Part shown: piece after piece, positions 1 to 9,906 of the stretch
Layout: each line of letters begins with the position of its first letter
Position numbering within the stretch: position 1 is the stretch's first letter
Assembly (NCBI GenBank): GCA_963762345.1
Contig: CAVXKI010000002.1
Coordinates: 370 to 64,369, forward strand
DNA: 64,000 nucleotides
Reading direction: 5' to 3'
DNA from: an uncultured Candidatus Micrarchaeota archaeon
GTDB lineage: Archaea; Micrarchaeota; Micrarchaeia; Micrarchaeales; Micrarchaeaceae
The notes under the pieces: model-generated
Databases searched by the model: none
What the model was told of the DNA's origin: nothing
What the model saw: the letters and a program-made list of their open reading frames with translations, nothing else
Program-made: the position numbers and the translations under genes

Positions 1-82
1 TAATTTTATTTGCTTCTTGTTCATTACGTTCGACAGAAGCTGCAATTTCAATACCAGTATAGGCTATCCGTTTCTTTTCCAA
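1..82 (-). CDS. hypothetical protein, 5' fragment running off the window
   Basis: TTG start at 80-82 preceded about 7 nt upstream by GGAGGAGG (reverse complement of 88-97). Reads LEKKRIAYTGIEIAASVERNEQEANKI. No family recognised. Confidence 0.3.
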   Translation of the reverse strand, partial: MEKKRIAYTGIEIAASVERNEQEANKI

Positions 83-155
83 TTTTTAATCCTCCTCCCC
101 CTGTTAAGAACTCTAAAACGACTTTTTCTCTATATTCACTTGAAAACTTGACCAA

Positions 156-200
156 ACTAAAAACCCCCTTAGCGGGTCTTTAGTCCAACTAAGAGGGGTT
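156..200 (-). terminator. rho-independent terminator downstream of the MFS gene
   Basis: On the minus strand, AACCCCTCTTAG...CTAAGGGGGTT stem-loop (163-200) followed by TTTTT (156-162), directly after the stop at 234. Confidence 0.6.
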
Positions 201-233
201 CACATCATGGATAGCTTTTTTAATGGTTATCTT

Positions 234-1710
234 CTATCTATTTATTCCGACTTCATTGGAATGATAACCACCCATATTTTTAAACTCATTTTTATAGTTT
301 CTAGAGGTTATGATCAGTGAAAGGAATGAAAACACAGCAATTATAAAATATGCTGACCTAAACGTGATTACCAAATGATCCAGGTGATTATCCCCGTAAA
401 GTTTTAAAAAGAATTGGTATGACAACCCTCCTAGTGTAATCCCCAAACTCATTCCAAATGTTCGGGACATATTGAGAATGCCTCCCGCAATCCCCAATGA
501 ATTCTTAGGAACATTCCCCATCACATGGCTATTGTTTGGTGGGGTAAACATCCCGATTCCACCACCAACTAAAAAAAGTCCTATACAGGTTAAAATATAT
601 GTTCCTGTAAAATCAATAACGGTAAAAGGAAAGCTCCGACGGTAGCCATTGAAAGCCCAATTATCGATGGAATGGCAGGTCCGCGATCATCTGCCATCAT
701 TCCGGAAATAGGAGTAGAAACGGTCATCCCAATGGGTATAGCTGCAATAATTAACCCCGCTTGAAAAACAGGGAGATGCTTTACCTGATCAAGATAATAC
801 GGCGTTAGGAGAATGACGCATACATGATAATGAATGACATAATGCCAGTTATATTTCCCATTGTAAAAGGTATATTTTTAAATAGAGATAAGTTCACCAA
901 TGGTTCCGTCGTTTTCTTTCGAATTGAATAAACAAAACAGAAGTAGTAATACCAATTACGTAGCATCCGGCCATCAGTTCAGATCCCCATCCTAATTTAA
1001 TTCCAATATTTAAAATATAAATAATTGTAATAACTGGATGGGATAAGAAGCAGAGCTCCACCAAAGTCAAATTTCTTCCTTTTATTCATAACCGGATCTT
1101 TTGGTAAAAACATTATTCCTAGTAAAGTACCGATGATTCCGACAGGAAAATTAATAAAAAACATCCATTTCCAACTAATTAAGGAAAGTATCGCTCCCCC
1201 TGCTACTGGACCCAAACTTAAACCAATTCCTTGCGCACTTGCTTGGATACCAATGGCTTTTCCAAGATCATCCTTTGGAGTAGCAGAAGTGATAATAGAA
1301 ACGCTGTTTGCTTGAAGCATGGCTGCCCCAATTCCTTGTATCACACGGCATACAATTAAGATAGACAGCGATGGTGCTAGTCCACAAAATAACGAACTAA
1401 TGGAAAAAATCACAAATCCTAATGTGTATAGCCACTTCCGCCCAAACATATCGGCAAGCCGCCCGAAGATTAATATGGTTGATGCAAGGGATAACAAATA
1501 AGATAGGCTTACCCATTCTATCTCATTCATTCCGGTATGAAATTGTTGTTCCAAATTCGGAAGTGCTACATTAATGATACTTGCATCTAAGGCTGCCATG
1601 AAGGCACCAATACAAACAGTAGCTACAGCGAACCAGTGGTTTTTAGGTTTTAAATTATTAACGGAACCTGACGAAGAGATCAAATTAATCTTCCTCCATT
1701 TTAAATCCAA
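234..1710 (-). pseudogene. MFS drug-efflux transporter (EmrB/QacA-like), multiply frame-disrupted
   Basis: The 237-aa N-terminal ORF (997-1710) has MFS helices and the loop GRLADMFGRK. The 105-aa C-terminal ORF (234-551) has further TM helices. The ~445 nt between them has no continuous frame. Confidence 0.75.
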
Positions 1711-1874
1711 AGACCATTTTGAATTTTTGAATCAATAAAAAAAGAACCGAAAAAGATTCTTTTAAGTTTATTATACTACATTGGGTATATATGAAAATAT
1801 TTATATAAAGTTTAACAATATTTTACTCATTCACATGCTTCTTCAAAAAAACTTATACAATCCCCATCCATACT

Positions 1875-2630
1875 TTAATGGCAGTAACTAAAATTAAAAC
1901 AGCCATGACCATTTGTAATATTTTTGTATTCATCTTTTTTTCCGGCAGCAGCGCCAAGTGGGGAGGAAATTAAACTTGCAATCACCATGATAAGAGAGGG
2001 AAGAAATTGAACCTGTCCAGTTGAAATTTTACCGACTGTAGCCCCAATCGATGAAATCAGTGTAATCGCTAAGGAAGAAGCGATGGTCATTCGTGTAGGT
2101 ATCTTTAATACAACCAACATTATTGGCACTAATAGGAAGGCGCCACCCGCGCCCACAATCCCAGCCCCGATTCCAACGATAAAGGCAAGGATCGCAGCAA
2201 GCCACTTATTAAATTTGACCTGCTGGATTGGTATATCATCAATCCCTTTCTTAGGAACAAACATCATAATAACGGCTATTAATGCAAGGATTCTATAAAC
2301 TAAATTCACTCCACTTTCAGGCATATGCCTGAAACCGAATCCTCCAATAAAACTTCCAATTAAAATACTAATTCCCATATAAGCAATTAACGCTTTATTT
2401 AAAAATCCACCTTTTCGATATGCCAAAACACCACCAATAGTAGCAAAGAACACTTGGATTGCTGTAATTCCTGAAACTGAATGCGCTGTAAAATGCCCCA
2501 CACCCAATGCAACAGGAATATACAACAACATAGGATAATTAATAATTGATCCACCAATCCCTAACATTCCGGAAATGAATGAGCCTACGAAACCAATCAA
2601 GAAAATCGTAATAATCAAACTGGTTGTCAT
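1875..2630 (-). CDS. TauE/SafE family sulfite/anion exporter
   Basis: Start at ATG 2628-2630 behind GGAGGA. Hydrophobic Gly-rich 8-TM-like protein, and the neighbourhood is typical. The C-terminus is shifted in a T/A8 run at 1934-1941; the corrected frame reads [29 protein letters not shown] and stops at 1853. Confidence 0.7.
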   Translation of the reverse strand: MTTSLIITIFLIGFVGSFISGMLGIGGSIINYPMLLYIPVALGVGHFTAHSVSGITAIQVFFATIGGVLAYRKGGFLNKALIAYMGISILIGSFIGGFGFRHMPESGVNLVYRILALIAVIMMFVPKKGIDDIPIQQVKFNKWLAAILAFIVGIGAGIVGAGGAFLLVPIMLVVLKIPTRMTIASSLAITLISSIGATVGKISTGQVQFLPSLIMVIASLISSPLGAAAGKKDEYKNITNGHGCFNFSYCH

Positions 2631-2697
2631 TGTATCCTCCTTGCTGAAAATAGGGAACCTAGCCCGGTTCCCTATTTTCATTTTTTAACCCAAGATT

Positions 2698-3825
2698 TTA
2701 TCGAACTGCACAACGGTTTGGTCCTATTTCCATCTCACGTTGTTTATCGATATCAGGATTTACTTTCCCCATATTTGCTTCACGAATCTCTTGATAAGCG
2801 TTTGGCTGTGGTGGTAAGTTTTCTGTTACCACTTTTCTGAATTCATATTCATCCTCAATATTGAGACCGTGATTTTTTGCGAACAACATACCTAATTTTT
2901 CTGACACACTACCATCATCATTTAATTCGTCAATGATCATAAAATGTGCGGGAAGAACAATCAGATCTTCTGATAATTTTCTGTACCGCTTATACAGAGT
3001 TTCTCTTAAATCTCCCACCCAGTCTTCTGCCTTACCGGCAAGGTCTGGTCTTCCAATTGAATCAATGAATAAGATATCACCTGAGAGCAGGTACTTTTTA
3101 TCCACTACAAATGAAGTGGAGCCAATCGTGTGACCGGGAGAATATAATGCATGAATATCAATAATCGTATTTCCGATTGTTACATCATTACCGTCTTCTA
3201 ATGGCTGGTATTCAAAAGTTACCTCGGTAGCATCTTTTGGCGGCAGCCAATAAGTTGCGCCTGTTTTTTCAGCGATCATACGTCCTCCGGAAATATGGTC
3301 CGCATGAAGGTGCGTATCAAATACATGAGTAATTTTTACATTTATGTTTTTAGCAAAATCAACATAAATATTTGTCATACGTGTCGCATCAATAAGGGCT
3401 GCCTCACCATTTGAAACAACCATGTAGGATAAACACCCTTTGCCAATTCGAACAAACTGATAAATTTCTCCACCATCATTCAAATTGCCAACCTTAACAG
3501 CTTCCAAGTGCTCACTCCAAGCTTTCATACCACCTTTTAGGTAAGAAACGGATAAACCAGCTTCTGAAAGCATCTCTGACACCATGACAGATGATCCTTC
3601 TTTGGCACAAACGACCAATACTTCTTTATTAGTAGGAATTTTATCGATAATTCCTTCGACACCATCTAATAATTCAAAATAAGGAATGTTTAAATATTCG
3701 AAGTTTTTTCCTTCAATCTTCCAATCTCGAAAATCACTTTCATTACGAACGTCTAGTATAAATAGTTCTTCCTTATTAAAAATCTTTTTCGTTACCTCTT
3801 TTGAAGTCATAACTTTTACAGTCAT
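2698..3825 (-). CDS. rhodanese-domain / metallo-beta-lactamase-fold protein (persulfide dioxygenase-type, CstB/YrkH-like)
   Basis: N-terminal rhodanese module (LDVRN..., VVCAKEGSS) followed by an MBL fold with [11 protein letters not shown] metal motif. Intact 375-aa ORF. Confidence 0.85.
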   Translation of the reverse strand: MTVKVMTSKEVTKKIFNKEELFILDVRNESDFRDWKIEGKNFEYLNIPYFELLDGVEGIIDKIPTNKEVLVVCAKEGSSVMVSEMLSEAGLSVSYLKGGMKAWSEHLEAVKVGNLNDGGEIYQFVRIGKGCLSYMVVSNGEAALIDATRMTNIYVDFAKNINVKITHVFDTHLHADHISGGRMIAEKTGATYWLPPKDATEVTFEYQPLEDGNDVTIGNTIIDIHALYSPGHTIGSTSFVVDKKYLLSGDILFIDSIGRPDLAGKAEDWVGDLRETLYKRYRKLSEDLIVLPAHFMIIDELNDDGSVSEKLGMLFAKNHGLNIEDEYEFRKVVTENLPPQPNAYQEIREANMGKVNPDIDKQREMEIGPNRCAVR

Positions 3826-3874
3826 TTTTCACTTACCCCCAAAGGTATTATTTCATTTAAAAAAATATGCCTCA

Positions 3875-4270
3875 TTAAAAAGTTAAAGTGACATCTGCAT
3901 CTTTTGCAAAATCTAAAAAGGTTACAGCTCCACCAACTTCGATTCCATCAACAAAGTCTTCTTTTTCTAACCCCATTACATCCATTGTCATTTGAAATCC
4001 GATCATTTTAACGCCCATTTCTTGAGCCATTTCGACCATTTCTGGAATAGAAGGCACATTTGCTTTAGCAAAGCCTTCTGCAAAATGTTCTTTTCCTTCC
4101 GGCATTGGAAGTTGTTTGTTTGCTTCTTTATGGATTAAATTTAAACCTTCAAACGTGAAGAAAATGGCTACTTCCTGGTCCGTTGCAGCCGCTGCCGTTG
4201 CGATATTAAACACTTTATATGCATCGAATAATCCACCATTACTTGCAATAATTGCTACTTTTTTATTCAT
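3875..4270 (-). CDS. DsrE/DsrF-like sulfur-relay family protein
   Basis: 131 aa, MNKKVAIIASNGGLFDAYK...AAAATDQEVAIFFTFEGL pattern of DsrE-like proteins. Sits in a sulfurtransferase cluster. Confidence 0.7.
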   Translation of the reverse strand: MNKKVAIIASNGGLFDAYKVFNIATAAAATDQEVAIFFTFEGLNLIHKEANKQLPMPEGKEHFAEGFAKANVPSIPEMVEMAQEMGVKMIGFQMTMDVMGLEKEDFVDGIEVGGAVTFLDFAKDADVTLTF

Positions 4271-4290
4271 TGTTTATTCCTCCTAATTTT

Positions 4291-4867
4291 TTAATGATTG
4301 ATTCCTGTTGTTTTGCCAGTCCATTGACTCATACCTGGTGTAACATTGATTACATTAATAAATCCCTTATCCGCTAAAATTTGTGCCGCAAGATCACTGC
4401 GGTTACCTGTACGGCAAACGACGTAAATTTCACTTTCTTTATTTAATTCACCCATTCGCGCTTCCAATTCACCTAAAGGAATGGAGATGGCGTTCGGGAT
4501 ATGATTAAAGGCATATTCCGCCGCTTCTCTTACGTCAAGGACGACAATATCTTCATTTCCCTCAAGTTTCATTTCAAGATCCTTATTATTTGTTACATTT
4601 GGATGTTTTCTTTCTGAGGTTTCATCAATTGATGCCTTTCTTAAGTAATGCTTTAATACTTCTCCTTCTTCAATTGTTCCTAAAAATTGATGACCCGTAC
4701 TTTCAGCCCAAGCTTTCATATCCGCTTTTGACCCTTTATCGGTTGCTTGAACTTCTAAGACTTGTACCTGCCTCTAAATTATTCATTGCCTTTTTGGTTT
4801 TCACAATTGGCATTGGGCAAGCTAATCCTTTAGCATCTAATATTTCGTTTGTTTTTATGTTTTCCAC
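4291..4867 (-). pseudogene. TusA-rhodanese fusion sulfurtransferase (YrkF/CstA-like), one frameshift
   Basis: GTG 4865-4867 behind AGGAGG. TusA motif LDAKGLACPMPIV, then a 1-nt indel near 4765 (EAG-QVLEVQATDKGSKADMKAW restored by removing one base). The C-terminal rhodanese has the active-site loop CRTGNRS. Confidence 0.8.
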
Positions 4868-4920
4868 TATAATTCCTCCTGACAAAATACGCATATGGGT
4901 ATAATTTGTATTTAAAAAAA

Positions 4921-5217
4921 TTACTCCACTTTACCTTCCCATGAAAGCATTCCGCTAGTCATGTTAATTACATTAAATCCATAGCTTTCAAGGAATTGTG
5001 AAGCCCGACCGCTTCTTCCTCCTGAGCGGCAAACCATGATATACTCTTTTGATTTATCCAATTAGTGCATGCGAAACTCAATTAACCCTAAAGGAATGTT
5101 CATAGCACCCGGGATTTTACCAGCTGCTACTTCATAGACTTCGCGAACATCAATGATATTTAATTGCTTTCCTTCATTTAATAATTCCTCTACTTGTTTT
5201 GCTGTGATTTGTTTCAT
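4921..5217 (-). pseudogene. single-domain rhodanese with in-frame TAA
   Basis: MKQITAKQVEELLNEGKQLNIIDVRE...MH*LDKSKEYIMVCRSGGRSGRA. The stop codon is at 5062-5064 in an otherwise intact 98-codon rhodanese. Confidence 0.8.
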
Positions 5218-5241
5218 TGGATACTCCCTCCTTCCATTTCA

Positions 5242-5604
5242 TTATACCCAAGCGCTCATACCGCCTTTTACATTTGTTACTTTCGTAAATCCTAAGCTTT
5301 TTAACATTTTACTAGCCTTTTGGCTTCTCATTCCACTTTGACAAATGACAACTACTTCTTTTTCCTTCGAAAGTTCTTTCTCTGCTTTTTGAGCAAGTTG
5401 TTGGAGAGGAATATTTTTAAACCCTCTGATGTGGTTCCCTTTAAACTCTTCAGGTGTACGGACATCAACAAATTGCCTATTCTTGTCATTTAACACTGTT
5501 TTTAAATCTGCTGTTGAAATATTACTAACACCTTTTGTTGGTAAGAATCGCTTGATCATAAAGAAAAGAAGTAAAGCAATAACAAGATAATCCACATATT
5601 GCAT
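5242..5604 (-). CDS. membrane-anchored rhodanese-domain protein
   Basis: N-terminal TM (YLVIALLLFFMI), rhodanese motifs FVDVRTPEEF and CQSGMRS. Intact. Confidence 0.8.
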   Translation of the reverse strand: MQYVDYLVIALLLFFMIKRFLPTKGVSNISTADLKTVLNDKNRQFVDVRTPEEFKGNHIRGFKNIPLQQLAQKAEKELSKEKEVVVICQSGMRSQKASKMLKSLGFTKVTNVKGGMSAWV

Positions 5605-5624
5605 TTGTAAACCTCCTTTTATTG

Positions 5625-6103
5625 TTATATAAAGAGATTAACATTCCCCTCTTGTGCATCTGCTAAGTAAGCAGCCACCCCGGCATATTCAATGTTGTCT
5701 AATAATTCTTCTTTCTGGAGACCTAATAAATCCATTGTCATGGTGCAGGCTACTAGTTTTACATCCTGCTCTTGAGCCATTTCGATTAATTGCGGTAACG
5801 GTAATGCGTTGTGCTTTTTTATAATCCCTTTGATCATTTTAGGACCAAATCCAGCAAAGTTCATTTTTGAAAGTCCCATTCTATCTGCGCCTTTTGGCAT
5901 CATTTTTCCAAACATTCTTTCCATAAACCCTTTTTTCACCGGGATATTTTCATCTTTTCGAAGTGCATTTAATCCCCAAAACGTATGAAAAATGGTTACT
6001 TCATGGTCATAGGCAGCTGCACCATTTGCAATGATATATGCCGCCATCGCTTTATCGTAATCTCCACTAAATAAGACGATCGTTGTCTTTTCTTTTCTGC
6101 CAT
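5625..6103 (-). pseudogene. DsrE-like (YrkE-type) protein, N-terminal frameshift
   Basis: The 140-aa ORF lacks its N-terminus. ATG at 6101-6103 is out of frame by one. The corrected reading KKTTIVLFSGDYDKAMAAYIIANGAAAYD crosses an A-run near 6080-6095. Confidence 0.7.
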
Positions 6104-6166
6104 GCAGTTGCCCCCTGTTTTGTTTTAACTCATACCCGTAAAGGTATAGTGTGGGTTTAAAAAAAT

Positions 6167-6393
6167 TTATCCTTTTTTAATCCGAAAATTTTAAAACCCC
6201 ATTCTCTTCTTCATGTTTCAAAAGCTCATGTCCACCCGATTTAGCCCAGGCTGTTAGGTCATTTTTTGCCTTTATCTGTTGTATGAATTTCTAAAACTTG
6301 ACCAGATTCGAGTTCATTCAGGGCTTTTTTTGTTTTTACGATCGGCATTGGACAAGCCAATCCTTTTGCATCTAATACTTTCGCTACATTCAT
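6167..6393 (-). pseudogene. TusA-family sulfurtransferase, frameshifted
   Basis: ATG 6391-6393 behind AGGAGG. MNVAKVLDAKGLACPMPIVKTKKAL...TTDKG, then a frameshift in an A-run; the remainder (NDLTAWAKSGGHELLKHEEENGVLKF) is in another frame. Confidence 0.75.
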
Positions 6394-6483
6394 CGTTTTA
6401 ATTCCTCCTGTTTTTTGAGATAAATTACTATTACCCCTATAGGTATAATGTTAATCAAAATAAAAGAGGGTGTCAACCCTTTT

Positions 6484-6745
6484 TTATCGGCTTTTTACTA
6501 ACAGATTAACCGCTTGTTGGACCAACTCTTCCATGCTTTCCGCTTCTTGATTTGCTTTTTGAACACATTCGACTAAATTGGAACTTACGATCACCCCAAT
6601 GGTACGATCAATGGCAGATCTAGCGGCAGATAACTGGGTAATCACATCTTTACAGTCCTTATTATCCTCCATCATTTTTAAAATTCCCCTTTACCTGTCC
6701 TTCAATACGTTTTACCCGATTTTTCATTTGATCATTATAATCCAT
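6484..6745 (-). pseudogene. CsoR-family repressor, CstR-like (two-Cys, no His), frameshifted
   Basis: ATG 6743-6745 behind AAGGAGG. MDYNDQMKNRVKRIEGQVKG, then a 1-nt indel, then MMEDNKDCKDVITQLSAARSAIDRT...SSNLVEC. Cys...N-x-x-x-Cys rather than Cys-His-Cys suggests a persulfide sensor. Confidence 0.7.
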
Positions 6746-6785
6746 CTATTTACCTCCTTTCCTTTATCCATTGGTTTTAAAATGT

Positions 6786-7127
6786 TTACGCTGATTTTTT
6801 TTGATTGGTAATTGTATATCCGATGACCCGAAAAACTTTTTTTCTTAAATAGCGTATACCAACATTTTTATCAATTAAGTTTGATCCAACTACGTGTAAA
6901 TCACAATTTGGAATTTCATTTAGATTTCTTTTAAGATAGGCGGTCGGAATATTAATAGCAAATTTGATGGGTTCCGCATAAGATTCGTTATAATCTCTTA
7001 CATCTATTACCTTTATTTTATCCAGTTCAAGGTCTTTCAAATGAATAAAACGTGCACCAAGAACCGGGAAATATCTTTTATACAAAATAAACGATACAAG
7101 GAATGTTATAACAATCAGAAATGTCAT
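6786..7127 (-). CDS. membrane-anchored rhodanese-like protein (active-site Cys apparently absent)
   Basis: N-terminal TM, VIDVRDYNESY rhodanese motif, and a loop HVVGSNLID without Cys. RBS GAAGGAGG at 7131-7139. Confidence 0.55.
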   Translation of the reverse strand: MTFLIVITFLVSFILYKRYFPVLGARFIHLKDLELDKIKVIDVRDYNESYAEPIKFAINIPTAYLKRNLNEIPNCDLHVVGSNLIDKNVGIRYLRKKVFRVIGYTITNQKKSA

Positions 7128-7139
7128 TTAAAACCTCCT

Positions 7140-7216
7140 TCAATTAAAGGAATAATACCGGCAAGCTAGTCATTATATTGTTTTCCTCTTTCTCTTTCAT
7201 AACATCACAACATCAA
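7140..7216. other. breakpoint between Firmicutes-like and archaeal DNA
   Basis: The last bacterial-style gene (SD-led, AT-rich) starts at 7127. The first archaeal-style ORF ends at 7217. Composition, start signals and gene taxonomy all change within this 77-nt gap. Confidence 0.6.
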
Positions 7217-7895
7217 TCATTCGAAATCCACAGTCGCATTGAAGAGCCTTCCTGTCTCCGCTATTATCTTCTGCTCGTCTATGCTCAGTATATTCCTTAT
7301 CGTAAGGTCGTCAACGCCAAGTCTCCTCAGGACATTGCTTATCTTGTCCCTGTCGAGGTCCGCCTTTTCAAGAAGGCCTGCAAACGTTATCACGTTTACG
7401 TGCCTGTGCGCCTTCTCCATGTTGTAAGAAGGGTCCATGTTTTTCTCGCTCACTCCGAATGCTAGCGAGTATCCTCTTCAGCTCCTGCCTGCTTATCACA
7501 AATGTGTCGAGTTTTGGCATTTCCGATGTCATCATGTCTTCGATATTATTCTCGTTATCAGCAGATCGTCGAGGCTTATGCTCTTTAGGAACGATACGAT
7601 ATTCGTGTTCGGCACTCCGCTTGCCTTCAGCTCCTGCACGAAGTCTATCATCTTTATGTTCCTGCCGCCTGTGTCCATTCTTGCGAAGAGCGCCTCTATG
7701 TTCTCAGTGCTATATGTTGAACTCTATGAACTTGTTCTTCAGTTCTTCCTTCTCGAACTGGTAGTCCTTCTGTATTATTCCAGCGGAAAGCTCGCCTGCG
7801 TGAGTATGTCAGACAAGGTCTATCGTGTACACGTAGAGCGGCTCCTCTCCGTGTATCCTTTCGAGCACAAAGGTCTGCGGGAACCTGATGCGCTG
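7217..7895 (-). pseudogene. tandem helical-repeat region (separate small gene or C-terminal extension of the ATPase), several frame breaks
   Basis: Stitching minus-strand frames gives RIRFPQTFVLERIHGEEPLYVYTIDLV(TGA)HTHAGELSAGIIQKDYQFEKEELKNKFIEFNI / STENIEALFARMDTGGRNIKMIDFVQELKASGVPNTNIVSFLKSISLDDLLITRII / ...SYNMEKAHRHVNVITFAGLLEKADLDRDKISNVLRRLGVDDLTIRNIL...ATVDFE. Two ~50-aa repeats align with each other. Confidence 0.45.
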
Positions 7896-9102
7896 TCTGG
7901 AAGGCCATCTCCACCGCTGCCTGGCCAACTCCGAAGTTGCTTATCTCTGTCCTTATGAAGTTGGAGAAGTTGAGCGACCCCTGCAGGTAGTTGAGGAACT
8001 TCTCGAATTTTATTCTCAGTATGAAGCTGGTGCCGACGTTCGAGAAGATCGCCTCGTTTATGTCGGTCGGGTTCTGCGATGCGACTATCAGGCCGAACTG
8101 GTACTTCCTTCCCTCCCTCACTATTGTTATGGCGTCGCTTTTCTCATCGCTCGCCACCTTCCACGCCTCGTCAAGCACTACCAGCGCCTTGAGCCCCTTC
8201 GTCTCGCTGAATCCTTCTGCCCTCATCTTTTCCTTCAGCGTCTGCAATATGAAAAGCGCCGCAAGGGTCCTGAACTTCTCATCGGGAAGCGACGAAAGGT
8301 CTATGTCAACCAGACCGGAGTCTATCAGTTTTCCGAGGTCGAGCGTGCTCTTCCTTGCGAAATAGTCCTCGCCCTCTCTCGCAAATTGCCTAAGCCTGTA
8401 TATCGCGTTCTCGAGCTCCGCTGGATATTCGTATGTGCCCTCCTGCAGCTTCTCCTCCAGCAGCGCTATGACGTTCTTGAGGGTCGGCGCGTCCTTGCCC
8501 ATCGGCGGCTTCTCCGCGACATAGAACCCTGCGTTGGTGTACGACTGCTCTATCGCCTCTTCCGTGAGCCTCTTTTGTTCTGGATATGTGCCTATGTCAG
8601 TGAGTATGTCCAGCGAGCTCATGATCTGCTTGACCCTGTCGAGCGGCTTCATCCCCGCAAGGTCCATTATGTTCAGATAGTCGCCCTTCGAAAATGCGAC
8701 GACAACGCCTCCTGTCTGCTTTGTCCATGCCTTGTACTCCCCGGCCCAGTCTATTATTATCGCATTCGTGTTCCAGATGTAGCTCGCCCTTATCAGCAGC
8801 GTCTTCACGAAGTAGCTTTTACCGGCTCCGGTTATTCCAACAACTGAAATGTGCGGGTTTGTAAGGTTGGAGAAAGTCCAGCTGAACGGTATCTTGAATA
8901 TTTTTGTAGTGCCTATGTAGATGGACTGCAACGGGTCGTTTATCAGTATCTCTGCCGGCGGCTCCGGAGGCCTCGAGAGGAACGACCTCCTTGCTATCTG
9001 GCTGCTCATTATGTGCTGCAGTTTCAACATTGACATTGTTTTCACTTTATTTGTTTTCTGTACTTTATATATTCTCATCTCTGCGTATCGAAATTCCGGC
9101 AT
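7696..9102 (-). CDS. VirB4/HerA-FtsK superfamily (DUF87-type) P-loop ATPase, motor domain only
   Basis: Walker A GITGAGKS (8815-8838), Walker B LVVLDEAW (8161-8184), REGRKYQFGLIVASQNPTDI. The true start is probably MSMLKLQ at 9036. After about 7893 the ORF-track frame turns to junk and the real frame shifts (see 7217-7895). Confidence 0.75.
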   Translation of the reverse strand: MPEFRYAEMRIYKVQKTNKVKTMSMLKLQHIMSSQIARRSFLSRPPEPPAEILINDPLQSIYIGTTKIFKIPFSWTFSNLTNPHISVVGITGAGKSYFVKTLLIRASYIWNTNAIIIDWAGEYKAWTKQTGGVVVAFSKGDYLNIMDLAGMKPLDRVKQIMSSLDILTDIGTYPEQKRLTEEAIEQSYTNAGFYVAEKPPMGKDAPTLKNVIALLEEKLQEGTYEYPAELENAIYRLRQFAREGEDYFARKSTLDLGKLIDSGLVDIDLSSLPDEKFRTLAALFILQTLKEKMRAEGFSETKGLKALVVLDEAWKVASDEKSDAITIVREGRKYQFGLIVASQNPTDINEAIFSNVGTSFILRIKFEKFLNYLQGSLNFSNFIRTEISNFGVGQAAVEMAFQTAHQVPADLCARKDTRRGAALRVHDRPCLTYSRRRAFRWNNTEGLPVREGRTEEQVHRVQHIALRT

Positions 9103-9906
9103 ATCCTGATACTCGTAGGCAGCGCGAAGCTGTACTTGAACAAAATGTAAAGCTCCCTTCCGACGACCCTGAGAAGCTGCAGGTCGAGCGAGCTGGCAGC
9201 TATCTGCAGCTGCTTTATCTGCGCTGACAGTGCGTCGAGCGCCGCCTTCTCGCTCACTCCAACTGCCGTTGTCTCCAGGTACATGAGGGATGCTATCGGC
9301 TTTTCGCCCTGCGATATGCTGTCTATCTGCGTCTGTATGACGTTCATCTTCCTTTGCATGTCGGCCACTATAACATCAGTGGTATTCTTGCTGCTCAGCG
9401 CCTTTGACATCTGAAATTCCTGGTATGACCTCTGGCCTTCGAGTTCGTCCCTGACCGTCTGTATGTCCCTGCCCTACCGTAATTGCATGGAACTTGAACG
9501 AGAATGGGACGCTCATCACTACTCTCTCCCATATGTCAACAGATTGCACCTGCTTCATCTCCTGTCCCTCCTCTTCGCGCTCCGCCTTGAACACGAACGA
9601 GAACAGGTTCCCGGTTATGTATCCAGTTGCATAGTAGAGCCCGTTCACGTTTTTCACTATTGCCTCCTGGCTCTTTGTTATCTTGTAGTCCTTGTACGGC
9701 CTGAATGTTATGCCGAGTGTGCTCGTTATCAGCGGGAAGAGGAGATAATCGGCGAAGTTCATGACGAGTATGTATGCAAGCAGCAGCGCGACGAGTATGA
9801 CCACAAGATATGTGTAGATGCCGCCGCCGAACGAGCCCAGGTTTGCTATGACGAGTACTGGGACAACGGCGCTGAATACCAGATAGACTATCTCTTCCTC
9901 GTCCAT
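9075..9906 (-). pseudogene. 2-TM membrane protein with cytoplasmic domain (one frameshift near 9455-9470)
   Basis: ORFs 9376-9906 and 9075-9410 join as ...FKFHAITVGQ-DIQTVRDELEGQRSYQEFQMSKALSS... when one base is removed. The N-terminus has two TM helices. It overlaps the ATPase start. Confidence 0.6.

Noticed and set aside
7140-7216. Genuine horizontal transfer of the Firmicutes sulfur cluster into the archaeon
   Set aside because: The bacterial segment keeps bacterial SD sites, terminator and composition with no amelioration. There are no mobile-element hallmarks at the joint. Assembly or concatenation artefact is more parsimonious, but it needs read-level confirmation.
5062-7815. Alternative genetic code / stop-codon reassignment (in-frame TAA at 5062-5064, in-frame TGA near 7812)
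   Set aside because: Only two isolated cases, involving different codons in two different organisms' DNA. Most disruptions are frameshifts. TAA, TAG and TGA all terminate well-defined genes elsewhere in the window.
7888-8847. Long antisense ORFs inside real genes, e.g. 7888-8847(+), 9463-10128(+), 20483-20980(-), 23393-24058(-), 25523-26164(-), 45666-46415(-), 52737-53540(-), 54916-55596(-)
   Set aside because: They lie wholly within, and opposite or out of frame to, ORFs with clear family motifs. Their translations are Arg/His/Cys-rich low-complexity junk typical of shadow ORFs in GC-rich coding DNA, and there are no start signals.
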